Assembly (NCBI GenBank): GCA_964195975.1
Contig: CAXMQZ010000025.1
Span: 8,123-72,122 of the forward strand
Length of the DNA: 64,000 nucleotides
From: an uncultured Polyangiaceae bacterium
Lineage (GTDB): Bacteria; Acidobacteriota; Thermoanaerobaculia; Multivoradales; JAHEKO01
Direction of reading: 5' to 3'
Shown here piece by piece: positions 36,213-44,135 of the stretch; positions within the stretch are counted from its first letter, which is position 1; each line of letters begins with the position of its first letter. The position numbers and the translations under genes are program-made. The notes beneath the pieces are model-generated. The model saw nothing but the letters and a program-made list of their open reading frames with translations, was not told where the DNA came from and ran no database searches.

Positions 36213-37619
36213 ATGGGCAATCCAATAAGAGCCTGGTGGCCTTTTGCCACGAGCGTCGGAGTCATGGTCTTGGCGTCGATTCTCAATTGCGGGGGTGACC
36301 CAGCGGATCGAATCGGCAAGCCGAAACATATTGTCGTCGTTGGTGTAGATACCCTGAGGTCCGACCATATGGGCGGCTGGGGCTATGAGCGTCCGACCAC
36401 ACCTACGATCGACGCACTGGCCGAAAATGAAGCGGTAGTCTTTGAAAACGCGTATTCCTCTTCCTCATGGACCCTGCCGTCCATGACATCGGTGTTTACC
36501 TCTCTTCATCCGATTCAGCATCAAGTCGTAGACAGAGGACTTCGTCTCGACCCGTCACTTTCGACGCTGGCAGGGACCTTGAGTGCTAAGGGTTGGCTCA
36601 CTGCAGGCTTCATAACGCATATCTATGTCAGCAGTCTGTTTGGTCTCGATAGCGGATTCGATGAGTATCACGAGCTATCGATCGATTGGAGGTTCAAGGA
36701 GGGGCATCAGCTTCGCGCTGACGCCCTCAACGACGAGGTGCTGCCGTGGCTCACCACCAACGCCGATGAACAATTTTTTGTCTATGTTCATTACTTCGAT
36801 CCTCACTGGGACTACGATCCGCCAGGGAGATGGTCAGAGGAATTTATCGACCCTTCCTACAAGGGCCGCGCGAATGGCACTTGGAGATACATCCGCAGGT
36901 TTCTCCCGCTCGACAAGATGATGCCTCCTCGGGCGCTCCAAAGGGTGATCGACCTCTACGACGGTGAAATCCTGTGGACCGATAGTCAGATCGGGAGACT
37001 GATCGACCATCTAAAGTCTCTAGGGATTTGGGATGAAACTCTCCTCGTTCTGCTGTCTGATCATGGTGAGGAGTTGCAAGATCATGGCTCCATGCACCAC
37101 ATTCGTACGCTGTATGAGGAGGTGTTGAGAGTACCGCTTTTGTTCAAGCTACCCGGAGGTCGCGGTAGGAGTATCCGGTCTCGCGTACCCGAGCGGATTT
37201 CCAATCTGGATATTGCGCCCACGATTCTCGATCTTGCCGGCATCGAGCCGCCGAGCGATTTTGAGGGTCGAAGCTTGCGACCGTTGATGTCGCAGGTGGG
37301 AAGGGACAGGCCGATTTTTGCGCACACCCTACGGCATGAAAGCGACAGAGCAACGCTGATTCAAGGAGATCTGAAAGTGATTCACTCCATGGTGCCTGGC
37401 GAGGAAGGCACCGAGCTGTACGATCTTGGCGTCGACGACAAAGAGTCCACAGATCTTGCGGAGACAAATCCGGCCATGACCCGGCAAGCATTGGACCGAT
37501 TGCTTTCCGAAATCGAACGAATGAGGACCTGGGGCAAGGACCGCAATTTGGAGCTCGATCCCACCTCTCTCACTGCAGAGCAGATCGAGCACCTCCGAGC
37601 CCTCGGTTACGTCGACTAG
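36213..37619 (+). CDS. Sulfatase-like alkaline phosphatase superfamily protein (possible lipoprotein)
   Basis: VDTLRSDH, TPTID, SWTLPSMTS, HYFDPH, YDGEI, SDHGE, VPLL, C-terminal LRALGY. Confidence 0.85.
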   Translation: MGNPIRAWWPFATSVGVMVLASILNCGGDPADRIGKPKHIVVVGVDTLRSDHMGGWGYERPTTPTIDALAENEAVVFENAYSSSSWTLPSMTSVFTSLHPIQHQVVDRGLRLDPSLSTLAGTLSAKGWLTAGFITHIYVSSLFGLDSGFDEYHELSIDWRFKEGHQLRADALNDEVLPWLTTNADEQFFVYVHYFDPHWDYDPPGRWSEEFIDPSYKGRANGTWRYIRRFLPLDKMMPPRALQRVIDLYDGEILWTDSQIGRLIDHLKSLGIWDETLLVLLSDHGEELQDHGSMHHIRTLYEEVLRVPLLFKLPGGRGRSIRSRVPERISNLDIAPTILDLAGIEPPSDFEGRSLRPLMSQVGRDRPIFAHTLRHESDRATLIQGDLKVIHSMVPGEEGTELYDLGVDDKESTDLAETNPAMTRQALDRLLSEIERMRTWGKDRNLELDPTSLTAEQIEHLRALGYVD

Positions 37620-39364
37620 TCCCGAAACGCCACAAACCTTCCCCAACAGGAAGCCAGCTCCATCCCCCGTTGGACAAAGGCTGCGATGTAATAGCGACCG
37701 TTTTCCGCTTTGGCGAACTCATTGCCGAGGTTTTCGGCATGAACGATCGCCTTGGGAAAGAGGTTCAGATGCATGTCCTGGTAGTACTTGTCGAGTGGGA
37801 ACATCTCATCCCAGTCTTTGCCGAATCGATCGATGAGCTTCTGATTGGCCTCCGCGAAGGTCTTCGGATGAAACACGCGTTGGATCGTATTCATTGGGTG
37901 CTCCATCGCCACACAATCGATTCCGAGCCACTTGATATCTCTCTCAACGCACCAGTCGGAAAATTCGGGCGAGGGCCCAGGATGTTTGATCATGTAACGG
38001 AACTCATCAGAGTCGGGGCTGTTCCAACCAAATCGGTGGTATCCGGTCCTGATGAGAAGTATGTCGCCATCGTGTAGATCGACCTTCTCCTCGATCATCT
38101 CTGGCGTGTAGACACTCGAGTCGCTGACATCTTCCGAGATGTCGACGATCACACCGGGGCCGTGCCAGTAGTCGAGAGGCACCTCGCCGATGGTTCGACC
38201 CGCGGCCCAGAAGTGCTTCTCGCCATCCATGTGAGTGGCAAGATGGAAACTGGCCCTGCAGTGAGCGTTGTTTCGTCCCAAACCGAAGTTCAACCCGCCG
38301 ACACGCTTGGTGTACTTGACACTCAGGGGTTCGTAGTTGGCCCACTGTGGCGTCTGTACGCTGAATGGAAGAGTGAGATCCAGCATTTCGACCTCGGTCA
38401 TGGCGTCGAGGAAAGCAGCTTGCTCTACACCCTCCGGTGCGGACAACGCTACAACGCGGCTCCAGGCCGATTCGACCTCCATAAAGGGAATCGGCTGAAT
38501 CATGAACCAGGCACGCTGATTGTTGAGCGCATCAATATCTCCTCCGATGGCTTCTGTGAGAAGGAGGCCAGACTTGGGTAGGGTAGTGTGGCTCAGGTGC
38601 TGGTAGTCCTCGGGTGGGAAGAGCTCGTCCCAACCCTTTCCGTAGGTCTCTCGAGTCTTGAGCTCGGCTTTCTCGAACTCGGTTGGGTGCATGAATCGAA
38701 CATTGGTGTTCATAGGGTGCTCGGCGCAGCCGCAGTCGACTCCGATGAGTTTGAGCTTCATGTCGATGGCCCAGGTGAAGAAGTCGGGTGAAGGTCCGGG
38801 ATGGCGAACGTAGTACCCGAACTCCTTGTTCTCGATGCCGCCCTGTCGATCTGGGTTCGCCACATCGGGCTGGTCCCAGGCATATTTGTGATAGCCGGTA
38901 TTGATGATCAGGATGTCACCTTGTTTGACGTCGACCCGGTCGGTAATCATCTCCGGTGTATAGAGGTCGTAGTCGGATACAGCATCGGAGATGTCGGCTA
39001 CGACTCCCTGGCCGCAAAGATCGGTGAGAGGAATTTCAGATATTGCTCGAGATCCGGAATTAAACGCCCTGGGACCCACAAGGTGGCAGCCGGTGTTGTT
39101 GCTCCACTCGATCAGTTGTCCGTTGGCACCCTGACCGCCACCGAACGAGCCGGTCAAGCGTTTAAAGAAATGGACTTGGAGCGGCATTTCTCCGGGCCAG
39201 GGCGGTGTAAATACACTGAGCGGTTGGGTCAGGTCGTGCCAACAGGCTTGGGTCATCATCGAGATCAGTTCTTTGCGGTCCATGTCATCTACCCTCCGGC
39301 AAACCTCATTGTAGCTGGAGTCGTCTCCGCCTCGACCCTCGATGGTAGGGAGAGGAGACGACAA
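37616..39364 (-). CDS. Tandem-duplicated cyclase family (kynurenine formamidase-like) metallohydrolase
   Basis: Two internal repeats, each with DLT.P.S..TP.W, G.GV..DIS, GDIL.I.TGYH, HPGPSP, G.DC...EHPMNT. Metal motif HLATHMD is present in the second repeat only. Confidence 0.85.
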   Translation of the reverse strand: MSSPLPTIEGRGGDDSSYNEVCRRVDDMDRKELISMMTQACWHDLTQPLSVFTPPWPGEMPLQVHFFKRLTGSFGGGQGANGQLIEWSNNTGCHLVGPRAFNSGSRAISEIPLTDLCGQGVVADISDAVSDYDLYTPEMITDRVDVKQGDILIINTGYHKYAWDQPDVANPDRQGGIENKEFGYYVRHPGPSPDFFTWAIDMKLKLIGVDCGCAEHPMNTNVRFMHPTEFEKAELKTRETYGKGWDELFPPEDYQHLSHTTLPKSGLLLTEAIGGDIDALNNQRAWFMIQPIPFMEVESAWSRVVALSAPEGVEQAAFLDAMTEVEMLDLTLPFSVQTPQWANYEPLSVKYTKRVGGLNFGLGRNNAHCRASFHLATHMDGEKHFWAAGRTIGEVPLDYWHGPGVIVDISEDVSDSSVYTPEMIEEKVDLHDGDILLIRTGYHRFGWNSPDSDEFRYMIKHPGPSPEFSDWCVERDIKWLGIDCVAMEHPMNTIQRVFHPKTFAEANQKLIDRFGKDWDEMFPLDKYYQDMHLNLFPKAIVHAENLGNEFAKAENGRYYIAAFVQRGMELASCWGRFVAFRD

Positions 39365-39389
39365 CTCAGCTGCACCGCTTTTTGACCGA

Positions 39390-41424
39390 TCAAAACAAGA
39401 GACGCAAGGACAGAGAGATATCGCGGCCCGGCATCGGTCGCTCGAACTTTGAAACAGATGAGGCGTTGAAAGCCAGCTCGTCAGTCAGATTTCTACCTCT
39501 TATCAACAGATCGAAGACCTGGTTGCCCAGGAAGAACCGATACCCCGCAGAGGCGTTGACCATGGTGTAGCTGGGGGTGGGTAGCTCGTTTGCAGCGACG
39601 CGGTCTTGAGCGTCGATCCAGCGAACCTCTCCTTCCGCGTGCCATTTGACTGATCCGAAGTGGAGTCCGCCCCCTATTCGAAAGGGTGGAATCAGGGGTA
39701 GAGGCTCCCCCGAGTCTCGGAGCTCGGCCCGCACATAGTCGGCCATGAGTTTGAGGTCGAGATGCCGGTTGGCGTTGTGCCAGAGGTCGTACTCGATATC
39801 GAGCTCACCACCCAAAAACTCAGCGTCGCTGTGAACATATTGCAGTACGGTCAGGCCGTCGATTTCTTCGCCGGTAAACATCTGGAAGATGAAGTCATCA
39901 AAGCGGTTCAGAAAGAGGGTCAGGTCTCCGTGCAGCGGACCACCACTGCGACGCAGAGACAGGTCGAACCCCAGGCTCGTCTCCATATCCAGGGTTGGAT
40001 CACCGATCTCGATGGTCCGAGTAGCGGCGTGGGCTCCGTCGGAGTACAACTCTGAGACGTTGGGAGCCTTTTGTGAGCGTGCCAGCGAGGTGCCGAGCGA
40101 CCATTCCTCGGGGAGATCCCATACGAGGCCGACCGAGAGGCTGACGGGTGTGAAGGAGCGATCGGCGAGGTCGGATTGACTCACGGTGTGGTCCACCGAC
40201 TCGAGCCTGGCGCCGAATTGCCAACTCAGGTCACCGGTGCTGAGCTCTTCAAAGGCAAATAGTCCCCAGGTTGTGGTTCCCGATGGTGGCAGAAAGGCCT
40301 CCTCGCCGATGGCCTCGAGATCGTCGTTGAGGATCTGAAGCCCCATCGCTCCCGACCAGCGTCCTTTTTGTTTCTGGACGAGCTCGAAGCGACCTTCGAC
40401 AGTGTCTTTGAGAAACTCGGTTCCTACTTCCGAGCCTTCGAGCTCGAGGTGTTTGTAATCGACGACACCGAGACGGGCCTTGAAGCCGCGAAAGATACTG
40501 AAAGGTTGAGTAATCTCTCCGTTGAAGTCGAACCTGCGACGTTCGAGGTCGATGCGGACATCTCCTTCCTCGTGCTCTTCCTCTTCGCCACGCCCACTTC
40601 CCGGCGCCTCCGTTCAGATCGACTCGACCAGAGAGCTCATCGGCCACCGTGCCAGCGCCGAAGTCGAATTGTCCAGTGATCTTCTCCGTGGGCTGTAGGT
40701 CAGGGATCGTATTGTCGATCACGTTGACGACGCCGCCGATGGCAGTCGATCCGTAGAGCAGGGTAGAGGGTCCCCGTAGTACTTCGATTCTTTGCGCGGC
40801 GCCAGGATCGACCCCCACCGCGTGATCGGGGCTTGTGCTCGAGACATCCCCCGTGCTGAGCCCGCCTTGCAACATCCGGACTCGATCGCTGCCCAGGCCA
40901 CGGATGATCGGCCGGCTGGCTCCGGCGGTAAACCAGGTCTGATTGATCCCCGCTTCCTGCGACAGGGTGTCGCCCAGAGTGGGCTGGATACGAAGAGCTA
41001 GCGATTCACCGCTGAGTATGGTGACGGGATTGGCCAGCTCGAGCTGGCTGCGGGGATCGGCACTGCCGGTCACCACGATCGCATCGCTGTGATGGTGGCG
41101 GCCCATATCGATCTCTATCTGCGTGGTTTGCCCCGCCTTGACTTCATAGCGTTCTACGAGTGACCCATATCGATCACTCTCCACCTGAATGAGGTAGGCG
41201 CCGGGCGGCAGACCGTCGAATCGAAAAGCTCCCTTGGTGTCGACGGAGCTCTGGCGTCTCAGGTCGACAAGAGTCACCAGGGCATCATCGACGGGGGTAC
41301 CGTCCTCAGCGAGGACCGTTCCCGAGATTGATCCTGTCTCTTGAGCGTTCAAGATTGTAGCGAGGACCAGGCTCAAGCCCAGAAACCAGGTCCCAGGCAG
41401 AAATTTGTAATGAGTACAACTCAT
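39390..41424 (-). pseudogene. ZnuD-like TonB-dependent receptor with N-terminal carboxypeptidase-regulatory-like domain, disrupted by an internal deletion/frameshift near 40590
   Basis: 5' frame: signal peptide, IVVTG TonB-box region, RPIIRGL, PDHAV, RIEVLRGP.TLLYG..AIGGVVN, ending at KWAW. The other frame resumes GEEEEHEEGDVRIDL...G.H.AT...EIG...PGR...F*. Confidence 0.8.
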
Positions 41425-41551
41425 TGTTCCAGTCTCCTGTTGTCTAGCTGTCAAGCTGCTTCCGACGAACAGATCGCCGAACCGTCTCGTTGCGCTGACT
41501 GGGATGCCCACAGTCGAGGGCACTTACTGATGGAGTATTTCTAGACCTGGT

Positions 41552-41941
41552 TCAACTGGAGGGAGGGCCGCGCGGAGACGCGGATGTGAGTGTGCGGAGG
41601 AGCAGATTGCTGCTACCGATCACGAATGAGCTATCTGTTTGATCGGATTGGAGCGTCGACCCATAGTGGGGCAGATGAGATTCTCTCAGCTGCTGATGGA
41701 TCGCACAGGCCGTACAGGCCAGCGTTTGAATCGAGACCGGTGCCTCGAGGTGAAGAGTCGTCAGTGGCTCGTTGTGGCCCGCATGGGACCGAGCTGTAGC
41801 CTGCCCGTTTAGGCCGATACCTATCGGATGGTGAATGGGCTCATGGAGCTGGAGACCGAGATTGCCAAGGCCCAGAAGGGCCAGAAGGGCCAAGCCGAGA
41901 ACGGCCAGGGGTCTAGAGAGTCGTTGTCTCTGACTATCCAT
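41552..41941 (-). CDS. DUF2946-like His-rich, CxxC, C-terminal RGPP protein (putative regulatory uORF/arrest peptide)
   Basis: N-terminal hydrophobic segment, several His, CTAC, ends ASPRGPPSS*; directly upstream of the TonB-dependent receptor. Confidence 0.7.
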   Translation of the reverse strand: MDSQRQRLSRPLAVLGLALLALLGLGNLGLQLHEPIHHPIGIGLNGQATARSHAGHNEPLTTLHLEAPVSIQTLACTACAIHQQLRESHLPHYGSTLQSDQTDSSFVIGSSNLLLRTLTSASPRGPPSS

Positions 41942-42175
41942 CCTATGGAGAATTTTCCGCTATCAGGGCAAGTCATGCAAGCCGCCGACTCTCGGCAGCA
42001 CTGCTTCTGACGCTTGGGGCTTGGTGCTTGATCGACCCGCTGTCGGTCCGAGTTGGAGAACCTACCCGTTTAGGTGTTTCGGCTGAAATTCCTCGGAGTT
42101 ACGATTTCCAAGGAACCGCTTCAAGAAGCGGTGATCCGATCATTCGACCCGACACGAAGGCAGGAGGATAGTTTG

Positions 42176-43234
42176 ATGAAAGTAAAAACCACAGCAGTGG
42201 TTCTGTTGGGCTTTTTGACCCTGGTAGGTTGCGCCAAGAAGTCTGAGACAGTGAGCTCCGATGCGAGTGTGGATCCGCCGGAGGTTAACGACTCTCAACT
42301 GTGGGAGGATGCCGACTTGCGTTTTCAGGCGCTCCCGACTTCGGCTCCCAACCCCGAGAACGAAGTCACCCGGGCCAAGGTCGATCTGGGAAAGAAGCTC
42401 TACTTTGATAACCAACTCTCAGAGCAGGGAACCATCAGCTGCAACTCCTGTCACGATCTCGCGAACTTCGGTGTCGATAGCCTGCCAACCTCGCCAGGCG
42501 ACGATGGTGGTCTAGGTGGTCGAAACTCGCCTACGGTCTTGAACGCAGCCCTGCATGGCACCCAGTTCTGGGATGGTCGGGCCAAGGACGTAGAAGAGCA
42601 GGCTGGGATGCCGATTCTGAACTCGGTCGAGATGGCTATCCCGAGTGAGGAATTCCTGGTCGAAAGATTGTCGGGCTCCGAAGAGTACCAACGGATGTTT
42701 GTAGAAGCCTTCCCCGACGAGACCGAGTCGCTGACCTATCTGAACATACAAAAGGCCCTGGCAGCTTTCGAGCGCACGCTCTTGACGCCGTCTCCCTTCG
42801 ACGACTTTCTACTCGGAAATCAGGACGCTCTTAGCGCGGAGGCGAAGACCGGGTTGCAGACCTTTATCCGCCTTGGTTGTACCGCCTGTCACAACGGTGT
42901 GAATGTCGGTGCCAACAGCTTTCAAAAGTTCGGTTTGCACGGCAACTATTGGGAGCACACAGGTAGTACCGAAATCGATGAAGGGCGGGAGCAGGTGACC
43001 CAGGATGAAGCCGATAGATACTTCTTCAGGGTGGCTTCACTTCGAAACGTAGAAAAGACCGCACCGTATTTTCATGACGGTAGCGTTGAAACGTTGGAGG
43101 AGGCGGTGCGGGTGATGGTCAGAATTCAGCTGGGAATGGAGCTGACCGATCAGCAGGTATCCGCTCTCGCCGCCTTTCTACGCAGCCTGACGGGCGAGGT
43201 ACCTGCCGAAGCTCAACAGACCGCGGGCGGATAG
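42176..43234 (+). CDS. ccp: Di-heme cytochrome c peroxidase lipoprotein
   Basis: Lipobox LVGC, CNSCH and CTACH, RNSPTV.NA, QFWDGRA, TAPYFHDGS; AGGAGG SD before ATG 42176. Confidence 0.93.
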   Translation: MKVKTTAVVLLGFLTLVGCAKKSETVSSDASVDPPEVNDSQLWEDADLRFQALPTSAPNPENEVTRAKVDLGKKLYFDNQLSEQGTISCNSCHDLANFGVDSLPTSPGDDGGLGGRNSPTVLNAALHGTQFWDGRAKDVEEQAGMPILNSVEMAIPSEEFLVERLSGSEEYQRMFVEAFPDETESLTYLNIQKALAAFERTLLTPSPFDDFLLGNQDALSAEAKTGLQTFIRLGCTACHNGVNVGANSFQKFGLHGNYWEHTGSTEIDEGREQVTQDEADRYFFRVASLRNVEKTAPYFHDGSVETLEEAVRVMVRIQLGMELTDQQVSALAAFLRSLTGEVPAEAQQTAGG

Positions 43235-43329
43235 CGCCCAGCGCGACTAGGTTGAACCTGGTCGCTCTGGATGGCCTAGGACCAGTTTTCAGGGAATGTC
43301 GGAGCCCATGTGCTAGCGTCGCCTGAAGC

Positions 43330-44058
43330 TTGCCAAACCCAACTTGTACTACAACCGGTATCGGGACGATCGCTCGTGGATCAGTGGCACCCGGAGAGGA
43401 GTATCTAGTCAGACGTCCCTTGGTCATCATGGCTACGCTTGCCTTTCTCGTAGTGCCGCCTCGAACCTCGGCTGGCGACGTGAGTTTCGATTTCGACGGC
43501 AACTCCTACACGATCGTCGTGACCGGTGCGGTCTGGTCGGCCGCCAGCACGGCAGCTCAGTCCAGTGTGATTCAGGGGGTACCTGGTCATCTTTGCATCA
43601 TCGGTAGCGATGCAGAAGACGCCGCGGTCTTCAACAACATGGTGATTGCGGGGGTCGACACGGTTGCCTCTAACGGGGGTGGAGCGATCTACGGCTGGCT
43701 GGGTGGTTCCGACGATAGCGGGTCGATCCCCGGTGCAAGCGAAGGGGAGTTCTACTGGATCGATAGTACCCAGTTTTGGACCGGTGGAATGGCTGGAGGA
43801 TCCGTTGGGGGCGCCTACTCCAACTTTGGACGTCCGCAAGAACCAGACAACTTTCAAGGGCAGGATCATTTGGCAATGGCGCTCGAGACCTGGCCTGTCG
43901 GAAGCCCCGCACCTTTCGGTGGTCCAGGACAGTGGAACGACATCAATAGCGAGGATCTACAGAACGAGCTTGCCTATTGTGTAGAACACGATCTGACTAT
44001 CTTCAGCGACGGCTTTGAGTCGGGCAACATGTCCGCGTGGTCGGCCACCCTACCGTAG
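43330..44058 (+). CDS. Secreted C-type lectin-like protein with IFSDGFESG..SAW C-terminal tail
   Basis: W..A, GHL..I.S..E, WLGG.D, EG.F.W, YSNF..PQEPD, WND and CVE C-type lectin motifs. Start uncertain (43330-43429). Confidence 0.7.
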   Translation: MPNPTCTTTGIGTIARGSVAPGEEYLVRRPLVIMATLAFLVVPPRTSAGDVSFDFDGNSYTIVVTGAVWSAASTAAQSSVIQGVPGHLCIIGSDAEDAAVFNNMVIAGVDTVASNGGGAIYGWLGGSDDSGSIPGASEGEFYWIDSTQFWTGGMAGGSVGGAYSNFGRPQEPDNFQGQDHLAMALETWPVGSPAPFGGPGQWNDINSEDLQNELAYCVEHDLTIFSDGFESGNMSAWSATLP

Positions 44059-44135
44059 TCAAAAACTCTTCCACCGATCGGGTCCAGGGTGATCCCAACC
44101 CATGGGCTGCTGCGTTTGGTAGCCTCTCCGTCCCG

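Noticed and set aside
40249-40586. Arg-rich C-terminus of the 424-aa ORF as a real domain
   Set aside because: It is out-of-frame read-through after the deletion junction; the alternative frame encodes the receptor barrel.
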